A DNA stretch of 64,000 nucleotides from an uncultured Gemmatimonadota bacterium (GTDB taxonomy: Bacteria > JAAXHH01). Positions within the stretch are counted from its first letter, which is position 1, and every line of letters begins with the position of its first letter. Under the pieces are notes generated by a model. It was not told the DNA's origin, made no database searches, and worked only from the letters and a program-made list of their open reading frames with translations. This document shows, piece by piece, positions 20,237 through 29,373 of this stretch. The position numbers and the translations under genes are program-made. The DNA lies in the NCBI GenBank assembly GCA_964593235.1, contig CAZQGS010000020.1:77717-141716 (forward strand), written 5' to 3'.

Positions 20237-21628
20237 CTATAGGTTTTCCTTTAGGATTTTAATTACTTTGGGCAAATCTTTTTTCGCCAATCCTCGCATC
20301 TGAATGAGAAGCTCATCTTGATTGTAATCGACAAGTAAAGGTGGATCACCACTGATCCAGCGCCTAGCTACATCTTTAGGACGGAGTTTTTTTGTGCGAA
20401 TAGACACAGCTAAACCAAACATTCTATCTTGAGGAAGTCTGTAAGGTGTAAGATACATTGGTTTTTCAAGTATTACTCTTGAAACGTCTTGTTTTTCAAT
20501 GCCTGAAAGGCTATCTAACAGTTCTTGGGCACGAATCTCCACATCTTTTGGGGTAACATTTAGTATGTAGTTTGCCGAATGGTTTTGTAGATCTGATTGG
20601 CAGGAAACAAGATCCCGTAGTCTCGATTCTAGAGCTGCTCGTATGTGGGGAGAGGCTTGCATAGCCGAACAATATTGATTTTCCTTGATTTGTTTCATTA
20701 TTTGTCGATTCCCGACTAGTATACCGCAAGGTGGTCCCCCGATCAATCCCCCTCCGGGGATGATAACCAATTGAATACCATACCGAATAGCTTCGGAAAC
20801 AGAATAAGGAGCCGAAAACATTGCTAAAGAGGTATGACGTAGAGTGGTATCACCCGGCATGTAAAGAATAGTAGTGTCAGGTTTAAAAGAGTTGTTGATA
20901 ATCTCTTCTAGTCCCACATCTTGGGTAAATCCCTCTACCGAATAGGTTGAGGGTCGAATTATAGCTATCAGTGCAGTACTACAGTTAATATTAGACTCAT
21001 AGTCTGATATTCGAGTTTTATTTGTAGTTCCAACTTCGACCACCCGAGCACCTGCTAGCTCACAAATTGATATTGGATCAACTGGTTTTTCCTCATATGG
21101 GGCATCAATTAAACCGAGCTGGTGTCTGTTAATAAGGATTTCTTTATCCTTCGCGATAGCCCTGGTGGCTAAAAGTAATGCATTTTGCACCGAATCTACT
21201 ACAAGTGAGTCCTCTCCTCCGGTTAACCTTCTAATTAGTTGAGTATTTTGGTCATTATCATGGTACGTCCCGACCCTAAGTTCTAGTTCTGACGCTTGTC
21301 GTTCAACTTCGCTTAGGCAAGACTTAGATGCTCTTGGATTAAAAAGAACATCAGTTGCATTAATAATCCTATCTTTTGGCTCAGGGTTTTCGTCGTCTAG
21401 GTACGCTATGATTTCCTCGGTAATCTGATTTATATTACAGGCATCCAAGATATTAGGATGATAAAGAAGCTTGGCTCTATTATTTTGCAATACCTTACGA
21501 ATCGTATAGTCAATTTTTTGGTCTTCATAAAAACATTTAAGATCTTTGATAATAGGCTGTTTTTGTAACAAATGTACAGACGGTAATCGGGAGAAAATCG
21601 AATTAAGTTCTTTTCGACACGATTTCAT
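20237..21628 (-). CDS. SelA-family (L-seryl-tRNA(Sec) selenium transferase-like) protein lacking the PLP lysine
   Basis: 463 aa, the same length as E. coli SelA, and colinear with it by eye. Matching segments (this protein vs SelA): LPSVHLL vs LPAIDRLL; VEVGTTNKTRISDYE vs HEVGTTNRTHANDYR; STYSVEGF vs SNYSIQGF; GGPPCGILVG vs GGPQAGIIVG. However, SGDK reads PGGG and HTNLGRA reads FNPRASK. Confidence 0.75.
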   Translation of the reverse strand: MKSCRKELNSIFSRLPSVHLLQKQPIIKDLKCFYEDQKIDYTIRKVLQNNRAKLLYHPNILDACNINQITEEIIAYLDDENPEPKDRIINATDVLFNPRASKSCLSEVERQASELELRVGTYHDNDQNTQLIRRLTGGEDSLVVDSVQNALLLATRAIAKDKEILINRHQLGLIDAPYEEKPVDPISICELAGARVVEVGTTNKTRISDYESNINCSTALIAIIRPSTYSVEGFTQDVGLEEIINNSFKPDTTILYMPGDTTLRHTSLAMFSAPYSVSEAIRYGIQLVIIPGGGLIGGPPCGILVGNRQIMKQIKENQYCSAMQASPHIRAALESRLRDLVSCQSDLQNHSANYILNVTPKDVEIRAQELLDSLSGIEKQDVSRVILEKPMYLTPYRLPQDRMFGLAVSIRTKKLRPKDVARRWISGDPPLLVDYNQDELLIQMRGLAKKDLPKVIKILKENL

Positions 21629-21630
21629 CT

Positions 21631-22332
21631 TTATGACCTTCTTTCAAATATTGCTTTAATGGTGGCTTCCGTATTGCTCCCCGTTTTGTAATCACCATCT
21701 TTTCTTAGAAGTTTAATGTCATTTCTAATTTTCTCCAGATCTTCAGGATAATCGACGTCGTACCATGTTGGAAGTTCATGATAAGAGAGAGAGCAACTTC
21801 GGATTGCTTTTCGAGTTTGATCAAGTACCCTACTAGTACCCCAATCAATTAGTTCAAATACCGTTTTGTATTTGTCGATCGCTTTGCTACTCATGCCGAT
21901 TAGATAATATCCACCGTCAATAGCGGGACCGAATACAATCTCATTTTTGTCAAGAGCACTAAATGCTTGTTCAACGTAATTTTGAGGAAGTAACGGGCTA
22001 TCACCACCTAAAATAACTATTTTTTGTGTTTTTTTTTCTAAGAAGCCCTTCAAAGCATTTGAGAGTTTTTCTCCCAAATGGTTCCCTTTTTGTTTGAACC
22101 AACTCACTTTAGCATTGCAACCTAACACAGACTGGAGTTCTGGTAACCCGTCGTCTGGGGTCCAGGCGACATATACACTAACCCCGGTAATGTTCAGTGC
22201 TAAATGAAGTGTATCTTTGATAAAAGAAGAATAAAGCTCAGCAGCCTCCGATTGAGAAAAAATCGAAGTTAATCGTGTTTTTACAAGGCCAGGCCTCGGA
22301 GTTTTTAAGAAAAGAATTAGAATTTTTGACAT
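21631..22332 (-). CDS. DUF2064 / TIGR04282-family nucleotidyl- or glycosyl-transferase-like protein
   Basis: 233 aa. LFLKTPRPGLVKTRL, ILGGDSPLL, GPAIDGGYYLIG and IDWGTSRVL match the DUF2064 pattern. The stop lies 2 nt before the SelA-like start. Confidence 0.8.
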   Translation of the reverse strand: MSKILILFLKTPRPGLVKTRLTSIFSQSEAAELYSSFIKDTLHLALNITGVSVYVAWTPDDGLPELQSVLGCNAKVSWFKQKGNHLGEKLSNALKGFLEKKTQKIVILGGDSPLLPQNYVEQAFSALDKNEIVFGPAIDGGYYLIGMSSKAIDKYKTVFELIDWGTSRVLDQTRKAIRSCSLSYHELPTWYDVDYPEDLEKIRNDIKLLRKDGDYKTGSNTEATIKAIFERRS

Positions 22333-22498
22333 ACAGAATTACTCTCTATGGAGTTACTATAAAAAATCTGCGCCGGATAATCTGGTAAAAGTTAGATGAA
22401 TTCGAAAACTTACCCGATTGGGATTAAGGTGTCAAATAAAACACTTATTTATCAACTATTTAACACATAAGTAAAATATTATAAATAAACAATAAACC

Positions 22499-22530
22499 TT
22501 GACATGATAGTATAATAAAACGTATATTTG
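22499..22530 (+). promoter_or_regulatory. putative promoter TTGACA-N18-TATATT(TG) upstream of the DHH phosphoesterase gene
   Basis: TTGACA at 22499-22504 and TATATTTG at 22523-22530, in the 295-bp divergent intergenic region. Confidence 0.35.
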
Positions 22531-22627
22531 CCGCTTCTCTTTAAATATTACAGTGACTATCAAAAAGGACCAGGCATGTCTAAGTACTGCCTGATCTAGA
22601 ATAGTTTTAACCCTCTGGAATAGCGCT

Positions 22628-23599
22628 ATGTGGGATGATATTAAAAATATAATAGATTCAAATCACTCTTTTGTTATCAGTAGTCATGTGAATCCTGATG
22701 GGGACTCCGTAGGTTCAGCTCTAGCTCTCTTTGAATGCCTAAAGGCTCTAGGAAAGGATGTTGTCGTAGCAATGAGTGATTCTATACCATCAGCCTACCG
22801 ATGGCTCGATCCCGAAGGAGATATTCTTGCTCCTTTTAAGGAGCCTGACCTTGAACTAATAAGTTCGTCGGATGTTATATTTATTGTAGATGCTAATGCT
22901 TGGAATCGATTAGGGGGCTTAAAAGAATCTTTGGAGAAATCAGAAGCGGTAAAAGTAGTAATCGATCATCATCCTTATGCAAAAGAGATAGCACCCTACT
23001 CGGTAATAGAGACTAAGTTGTCCTCGACCGCTGAACTTATTTATGATCTCGTTGATTCAATGAATGTTCCAATTACAGCGAGGGCTGCAGATGCTCTCTA
23101 TACTGGTATCCTTACTGACACAGGATCTTTCCGTTACGCCCGGAAAGACCCGTGTGCACACCATATAGCAGCTAAGCTTATTTCACTAGGGGTAGATCCA
23201 TCTAGGATTTATGATCAGGTATATAATCACAATAGTGAAGTTCGGACCCGTCTGATGGGGAAAACTTATGCAGGTATCCGTATTACCGATGGTGGTGAGA
23301 TAGCTTGGTTGATAGTGACAAAAGAAATGGTAAGGCAGACCGGTGCGTTACCATCTGATACTAGTGGCTTTGTTGATGTAACAATGACCATCACAGGAAT
23401 TAAAATTGGGATTATATTTGTTGAAGCTGAAGACGGTAGAATTCAAATCAGTTTACGTTCCCGACCCGAAACAGACGTTAATCAGATTGCTGTCAAATTG
23501 GGTGGTGGTGGTCATAAAAATGCTGCAGGAGTTTTGTTTACAGGCACAATAGAAGAGGCCGTAAAGACAGTAATAGAAGTAGCACGTACGGCGGTTTAA
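22628..23599 (+). CDS. nrnA: DHH/DHHA1 phosphoesterase (NrnA-type oligoribonuclease / pAp phosphatase)
   Basis: 323 aa. HVNPDGDSVGS, VIDHHP and GGGGHKNAAG motifs. Confidence 0.8.
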   Translation: MWDDIKNIIDSNHSFVISSHVNPDGDSVGSALALFECLKALGKDVVVAMSDSIPSAYRWLDPEGDILAPFKEPDLELISSSDVIFIVDANAWNRLGGLKESLEKSEAVKVVIDHHPYAKEIAPYSVIETKLSSTAELIYDLVDSMNVPITARAADALYTGILTDTGSFRYARKDPCAHHIAAKLISLGVDPSRIYDQVYNHNSEVRTRLMGKTYAGIRITDGGEIAWLIVTKEMVRQTGALPSDTSGFVDVTMTITGIKIGIIFVEAEDGRIQISLRSRPETDVNQIAVKLGGGGHKNAAGVLFTGTIEEAVKTVIEVARTAV

Positions 23600-23660
23600 A
23601 TTGACAACCTCCTCTCAAAAAAATGGATTTGGTCATTGGCCAAATTGATCTTTCAAAAGT

Positions 23661-24482
23661 ATGATGTTTCTAACACGAAAAATGCGGTTTTCGGCAGCTC
23701 ATTTATGTCGTAACACCGAATTGACAAATGCTAAAAACTGGCGAGGTTATAGTGATTGCTCCAGTGGTAAGGAGTATTGCCATAACTATTTGGGCGAGTT
23801 TACCTTTAGTGGACCAGTTGATCCTCTTACAGGGGTTGTTCTAAACCTGGGTGAAATTAAAAAGCATCTTGAAAAAGTAATTAAGCCAGTGGGATTAAGT
23901 CATTCTGATCCTGGGTCAGGATTTATTGATGATTTTGTACCTACAAGCGAGATTTTAATACAGATCCTCTGGAAGTTGTTAGAAAAACGAATAAAGATAT
24001 GTAGACTTATGAGTATTCGGTTACATGAAAGTCCGCAGAGAAATGTTGAATTCATTGGAGATAAGAGTATGATCTATGTCACTAGAAGCGTTGAGTTCAG
24101 CGCTGCACATCGTCTTCATAGTATAAGGTTGAGTGATGAGGAGAATATACGTATATTTGGTAAATGTAACCGACCCCACGGCCACGGGCATAATTACGAA
24201 CTTGCAGTAACTGTAGGGGGGGCTATAGACGAAGCAACGGGTGTGGTTATTGAAATGGGGCGATTTGATGACATCCTGCAAAGGGAGGTCCTTGACCGTT
24301 ATGACCATCGACATTTGAACCACGACGTGGAGGAATTTCAGTCTATTAATCCAACCTCGGAAGAACTTTTACGGGTGATTTGGAAACGTTTAGCCCCTTT
24401 ATTCACAAAACCCGTACTATATAAGCTTCGTTTGGTGGAAACTTCAAATAACGTATTTGAATATTTTGGTGAAAAGGAGTGA
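23661..24482 (+). CDS. tandem two-module 6-pyruvoyl-tetrahydropterin / 6-carboxytetrahydropterin synthase (PTPS/QueD family)
   Basis: 273 aa, two T-fold modules. The second (from M at 24069) has FSAAHRL, CNRPHGHGHNY and DHRHLN. The first has FSAAHL, but DCSSGKEYCHNY replaces C..HGHGHNY. Confidence 0.8.
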   Translation: MMFLTRKMRFSAAHLCRNTELTNAKNWRGYSDCSSGKEYCHNYLGEFTFSGPVDPLTGVVLNLGEIKKHLEKVIKPVGLSHSDPGSGFIDDFVPTSEILIQILWKLLEKRIKICRLMSIRLHESPQRNVEFIGDKSMIYVTRSVEFSAAHRLHSIRLSDEENIRIFGKCNRPHGHGHNYELAVTVGGAIDEATGVVIEMGRFDDILQREVLDRYDHRHLNHDVEEFQSINPTSEELLRVIWKRLAPLFTKPVLYKLRLVETSNNVFEYFGEKE

Positions 24483-24491
24483 TAGAGAACG

Positions 24492-25052
24492 ATGGACCTG
24501 ATAGAAGGATTAACACGATCATTGATCACGGAGATTGGTGAGAATCCAGATAGGGAAGGTTTAGTTAAGACCCCGCAGCGTGTGTCTCAATCACTCCGGT
24601 TCCTTACTAAGGGGTATGGGGAAGATATTGAGACGGTTATAAACGATGCGATATATGAAGAAGATTATGATGAGATGGTATTAGTGAAAGATATTGAGTT
24701 TTTTTCGCTCTGTGAACATCACCTCCTTCCATTTTTTGGGCAATGTCACATCGCTTATATTCCCAATGGGAAAATTATCGGACTGAGTAAAATACCCCGT
24801 ATTGTAGATGTTTTTTCTCGTCGTCTCCAAGTACAAGAACGTCTAACCAGTCAAATTGCTCAAACTTTTCAAGAATATCTCAACCCTCTTGGTGTAGCTG
24901 TTGTTATGGAAGCTGGTCACCTCTGTATGATGATGCGTGGGGTGGAAAAACAACATTCTAAGGCTACCACAAGTGCTATGCTTGGAGTATTCAGGGAGGA
25001 TCGTAGTACTCGTATTGAATTTCTCGAATTAACCCAATCAAAAAACAAATAA
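24492..25052 (+). CDS. folE: GTP cyclohydrolase I (FolE type)
   Basis: 186 aa. [22 protein letters not shown] and [10 protein letters not shown] motifs. Confidence 0.95.
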   Translation: MDLIEGLTRSLITEIGENPDREGLVKTPQRVSQSLRFLTKGYGEDIETVINDAIYEEDYDEMVLVKDIEFFSLCEHHLLPFFGQCHIAYIPNGKIIGLSKIPRIVDVFSRRLQVQERLTSQIAQTFQEYLNPLGVAVVMEAGHLCMMMRGVEKQHSKATTSAMLGVFREDRSTRIEFLELTQSKNK

Positions 25053-25100
25053 TAAAAACTATTCTGAGGGAAGGGAACCATAATACCTAAAGGGATTCTG

Positions 25101-26546
25101 ATGAGTAAAAACGGGCTAATTGAAAAATTGATATCAGCTATAGGACGAGAAAATGTCATAGATGCACCTGACCAATTAATTGTTTATGAATGTGATGGAT
25201 TGACTATCGATCGAAAAGCTCCTAATGCAGTTGTTTTTCCTTCCACAACTAAAGAAGTTGCTAGGGTGGTTCGAATTCTTCATGAAGCCCGGGTTCCATT
25301 TGTAGCCCGAGGAGCCGGTACTGGCTTGAGTGGGGGAAGTTTACCACCAGAAGGTAGTGTTATGATCGCTCTGACCAAAATGGATCATGTAGTGGAGGTT
25401 GATATTCGAAATCAACGAGCACTCGTAGAGGCAGGGGTTGTCAATCTACATCTATCAGATGAAGTGAACCAACAAGGATATCATTTCGTACCGGATCCCT
25501 CTAGCCAATATGCCTGTACGATAGGTGGTAATATAGCCGAAAATTCCGGGGGGCCTCACACCTTAAAGTATGGAGTTACGACTAACCACACGTTAGGAGT
25601 TGAAGTTGTACTGCCGAACGGGCAGATAACCTGGTTTGGTGGAAAATCCGATGACACTTTTGGTTACGATTTGCGAGGTCTGATGATAGGTTCGGAGGGA
25701 ATGTTGGGTATCGTTACCCGTGCTTGGGTTAAATTAACTAGACTACCTCAGGCTTGGAGAACTTTTCTGGTAGTTTTTGATACAGTGGAGGATGCATCCC
25801 AGGCTGTAGCAGGTATTATAGCTCGGGGCATAGTCCCTTCTGCTCTTGAAATGCTTGATAAAGTTGTGATTGGTGCAATTGAGGAGGCTTACCATTTTGG
25901 CTTTCCCTTAGACGCTGAAGCTGTCCTGATTATTGAGCTTGAAGGCCATGAGGTTGGCCTAGATAAGCAAGCGGATCAAGTAATAAGAGTTTGTAAGGAA
26001 AATAAGACCAGCAAGATACAGACGGCTAAAGATGAGAAAGAAAGAAATTTATTATGGATGAGCCGCAAACGGGCTTTTGGTGCTATGGGGCGTTTAAGTC
26101 CAAGTTATTATGTTCAGGATGGGGTTGTTCCTCGGACAAAAATACCCGAGATAATGAAAGTTATTCAGGCTACCGGTAAGAAATACAATTTGTTAATTGG
26201 TAATGTTTTTCATGCTGGCGATGGTAATATCCATCCTTGTATCGCCTATAATGATAGAGACAAGGATCAGGCGAAGAGGACTGTTGAGGCTAGTAATGAA
26301 ATTCTCCAGGCGTGTGTCGAGCTTGGTGGGTCCATAACTGGTGAACACGGAATAGGGTACGAAAAAGTTAATTTGATGCCTTTAATTTTTAATGAAACAG
26401 ATATTTTAGCTATGGAAACGGTTAAACAAGTTTTTGATGAATATAATCTTAGTAATCCAGGTAAGATGTTTCCTACCAACCGATCTTGTATAGGATGTGG
26501 AACTGCGGAGCTAAAGTATACAAATAGACAAGCAGCATTATTATAA
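25101..26546 (+). CDS. glcD: FAD-linked oxidase, GlcD-type (glycolate oxidase / D-lactate dehydrogenase subunit)
   Basis: 481 aa. FAD_binding_4 N-terminus (VVFPSTTKEVARVV, ARGAGTGLSGG) and C-terminal GGSITGEHGIG. Confidence 0.85.
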   Translation: MSKNGLIEKLISAIGRENVIDAPDQLIVYECDGLTIDRKAPNAVVFPSTTKEVARVVRILHEARVPFVARGAGTGLSGGSLPPEGSVMIALTKMDHVVEVDIRNQRALVEAGVVNLHLSDEVNQQGYHFVPDPSSQYACTIGGNIAENSGGPHTLKYGVTTNHTLGVEVVLPNGQITWFGGKSDDTFGYDLRGLMIGSEGMLGIVTRAWVKLTRLPQAWRTFLVVFDTVEDASQAVAGIIARGIVPSALEMLDKVVIGAIEEAYHFGFPLDAEAVLIIELEGHEVGLDKQADQVIRVCKENKTSKIQTAKDEKERNLLWMSRKRAFGAMGRLSPSYYVQDGVVPRTKIPEIMKVIQATGKKYNLLIGNVFHAGDGNIHPCIAYNDRDKDQAKRTVEASNEILQACVELGGSITGEHGIGYEKVNLMPLIFNETDILAMETVKQVFDEYNLSNPGKMFPTNRSCIGCGTAELKYTNRQAALL

Positions 26547-26565
26547 GATTATCTTATAATGGAAG

Positions 26566-27957
26566 ATGAGTTTACTAATGTCTCACAAGATCCTACACAA
26601 AGAACTAAAATCTATACAGGATGATTACAACCCTGCCAGTCAGGAAACACTAACAGGTCTTGGGGTGGACAAAAAAGATCCTATTGCAGTAGTAGCTCCT
26701 GATACTGTGGAATGTCTAGCTGCAGTCGTTAAATTAGCTTCCGAAATTGGTTTTGCAGTGGTGCCGCGAGGAGGAGGTACTAAAATGGACTTTGGCTTTC
26801 CACCAATTCGTCCATACATTTTAGTATCTCTAGAAAGATTGAACCGTATTGTATCCCATGAACCAGCCGACCAGACCGTTATAGCAGAAGCTGGTATCAG
26901 CATTGCATCTCTGCAGGCTAGCTTGGAAAAACAAGGACAGTATTTGCCACTAGATCCCCCTCTCGTTTCCAGTAGCACATTGGGGGGGGTGCTCGCTACT
27001 AATGGATCAGGAATGTTACGTAGTTCGTTCGGTTCAGCTAGGGATATGGTAATAGGTTTAAAAGTAGTTCAAGCAAATGGTACTATTGTAAAATCAGGGG
27101 GGCAGGTTGTTAAAAACGTTGCTGGATATGACTTAAACAAGATGTACATAGGGTCATTAGGTACTCTAGGGATATTAGCAGAAGTTACCCTAAAAATCCA
27201 ACCGCTGCCCGAGGTGGAAAAGATATTCATTGCTCAATTCCCCTCCACAAAAATTGCCAGTGATTGTGCATTTCGTATTATGAATTCTGATATTATGCCT
27301 TCCTTCTTGGAATTAATAAATTCTCAAACCATGTTGCTAAGTCCATGGGTGAAAAAGGGGCGAATAAACGATTCTTTTGGTCAACACAGTTGCTTTCTTT
27401 TAGGAGGGATGATAGGTGCGGAGGAAACAGTTGATTGGCAAATCGAGCAGTGTGAAAAACTATTTAGCAAAAACGAAGAGTATGGTCTGATAACACTCAA
27501 TAGCTGCGGAGATATTAGGGGGCTTGAGTTTCTTCGAGATTTTCCTTCAGGTCTCATTGTACCATCAGGAATGAGACGCGCCATAACATGTAGAGCTAGT
27601 GTTCCCCCGGACGCAATAGAAAGTCTTTTTGATTTGGCAGAAGAGCAATGTCATGAACTATCCATAACTGTGGGTATGCTTTCACATTTTACCTGTGGTC
27701 ATGTCTCCCTTGTATTCTATTTAGATGAATCTTCTCGAGATGAATCTTTTGATGGTCTTGCTAGGTTGATAACAAAATTACAAGAGGCATCAGAAACGCA
27801 AGGAGCATTAGTTTTGGAACATGCACCATTAGCCCTTAAAAAAAGGGTAAACGTCTGGGGTTCGGACAATAAAAACCAAGAGATCATGAAGATGCTTAAG
27901 TGTCGATTTGATCGTAATTTTACATTAAATCCAGGTCGTTTTATAGACGGAACATAA
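26566..27957 (+). CDS. FAD-binding oxidoreductase, GlcE-like
   Basis: 463 aa. VVAPDTVECLAAVV, PRGGGTKMDFG and VKNVAGYDLNK resemble GlcE. It is longer than E. coli GlcE. Confidence 0.7.
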   Translation: MSLLMSHKILHKELKSIQDDYNPASQETLTGLGVDKKDPIAVVAPDTVECLAAVVKLASEIGFAVVPRGGGTKMDFGFPPIRPYILVSLERLNRIVSHEPADQTVIAEAGISIASLQASLEKQGQYLPLDPPLVSSSTLGGVLATNGSGMLRSSFGSARDMVIGLKVVQANGTIVKSGGQVVKNVAGYDLNKMYIGSLGTLGILAEVTLKIQPLPEVEKIFIAQFPSTKIASDCAFRIMNSDIMPSFLELINSQTMLLSPWVKKGRINDSFGQHSCFLLGGMIGAEETVDWQIEQCEKLFSKNEEYGLITLNSCGDIRGLEFLRDFPSGLIVPSGMRRAITCRASVPPDAIESLFDLAEEQCHELSITVGMLSHFTCGHVSLVFYLDESSRDESFDGLARLITKLQEASETQGALVLEHAPLALKKRVNVWGSDNKNQEIMKMLKCRFDRNFTLNPGRFIDGT

Positions 27958-28019
27958 CAATTTTTCTAAAAGTGATGTGTAGTCACTTTTTCGCCAAGCA
28001 TGATAATTGAGGTGCTAAT

Positions 28020-29270
28020 ATGAAATTGCCTAATTTCACCGAGATACGACAGCATTTTAATGCTCCTGTTGTTCAAGATATAGCCCGGACGACCGAAAAC
28101 GAAGTCGAAAGTATGATAGAAAAACAAGGTCTAAAACCGGGTAGTACAGTTGCTGTTGCAGCAGGGAGTCGGGGTATAGGTAATATAGCTATAATAGTAA
28201 AACATGTAATCTCTGCGTTTAGTAAAGCTGGACTCATTCCTTTTATAGTGCCCGCGATGGGTAGTCATGGTGGAGCAACTTCTGAAGGACAGCGAAGGGT
28301 ACTAGAAAACTATGGTATTACCGAGAGTTCGATGAGTTGTCCCATTTATTCAGAAATAACCCCAGAAAATTTAGGGCATACTGGGGATGGGTTACCTGTT
28401 TATCTTGATGCTAATGCCCTCAGAGCAGATCATATTGTGGTGATAAACCGAGTAAAGCCTCATACCGACTTCAAGGGTTCTGTTGGAAGTGGCTTGATGA
28501 AGATGTTAGCTATTGGATTAGGAAAACAGAAGGGGGCTAGTTATTACCACGGGGCATCGTTTGAGTATGGTTTCGAACACATGATTACTACCGTATCACA
28601 ACATGTGCTAAATCATGCTCCTATAGCTTTTGGTTTGGCTATTATAGAAAATGGCTATGATCAAACTGCCCACATTGTTGGGGTCCCTGCAGAGATTCTC
28701 CAGAGTGAGGAGCGTCGGCTTTTCCAGAAAGCTCAAGACCTGATGCCTCGCCTTCCCACTGATGATATTGATGTTTTGATTATCGACGAAATGGGAAAGA
28801 ATATTAGTGGTACTGGAATGGACACGAATATTATCGGTCGTCGTATGCAAAATTTTGAGAATGAACCAGAAATACCTAGGGTACTCCGTATTGTTGTTCG
28901 GGATTTGACGCCGGAGAGTGAAGGCAATGCTGTAGGTATTGGCCTAGCTGATTTTACTACGCGTCGCCTAGTAGATAGTATTAATCATCAATACACTTAT
29001 GTGAATGCAATTACTGGAATGAGTCCTCAGAAATCTAGGATACCGGTATTTTTTGACAATGACCGAGAGGTTCTTGAGGCAGCTTTTGCTACCATTGGTC
29101 TCAAACAGCCCGCAGAAGGGAGAGCTATTCGTATAAGAAATACCCTTTCGCTTGGACATATTTCAGTTTCGGATGCTTTATTAGAAGAAATAGGAAGTCA
29201 AGATCATATTGATATCGTGGGGAACCCGCAGTCACTAAATTATGATAGCGTAAATAACTTAGCCGATTAG
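28020..29270 (+). CDS. LarA_N/DUF2088-like (lactate racemase domain-like) protein
   Basis: 416 aa. The layout VAVAAGSRGI ... FIVPAMGSHGGAT ... NYGI ... ADHIVVINRVKPHTDFKGSVGSGLMK parallels LarA SSDHTRP ... ATGFHR ... KYGE ... ADLLISEGFIESHFFAGFSGG. The assignment is tentative. Confidence 0.45.
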   Translation: MKLPNFTEIRQHFNAPVVQDIARTTENEVESMIEKQGLKPGSTVAVAAGSRGIGNIAIIVKHVISAFSKAGLIPFIVPAMGSHGGATSEGQRRVLENYGITESSMSCPIYSEITPENLGHTGDGLPVYLDANALRADHIVVINRVKPHTDFKGSVGSGLMKMLAIGLGKQKGASYYHGASFEYGFEHMITTVSQHVLNHAPIAFGLAIIENGYDQTAHIVGVPAEILQSEERRLFQKAQDLMPRLPTDDIDVLIIDEMGKNISGTGMDTNIIGRRMQNFENEPEIPRVLRIVVRDLTPESEGNAVGIGLADFTTRRLVDSINHQYTYVNAITGMSPQKSRIPVFFDNDREVLEAAFATIGLKQPAEGRAIRIRNTLSLGHISVSDALLEEIGSQDHIDIVGNPQSLNYDSVNNLAD

Positions 29271-29282
29271 TGTATTTAGATA

Positions 29283-29310
29283 TTGACAAGTTTTTTTTGG
29301 CATGTATTTT
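29283..29310 (+). promoter_or_regulatory. putative promoter TTGACA-N16-TATTTT upstream of the sigma factor gene
   Basis: TTGACA at 29283-29288 and TATTTT at 29305-29310. The ORF-track ATG at 29302 falls inside this element, which argues for a downstream start. Confidence 0.3.
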
Positions 29311-29373
29311 AATCCTTCTGTCATTTTTTGGCTCTGTCTAGCAAAGGATGCAACAGAGAAGTGCATAGTGTTA

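Noticed and set aside
29302-29373. An extra 24 N-terminal residues of the sigma factor are implied by the maximal ORF.
   Set aside because: The ATG at 29302 falls within the spacer of a TTGACA-N16-TATTTT promoter-like element, and the residues ([16 protein letters not shown]...) are hydrophobic and unlike sigma N-termini. The exact start remains uncertain.
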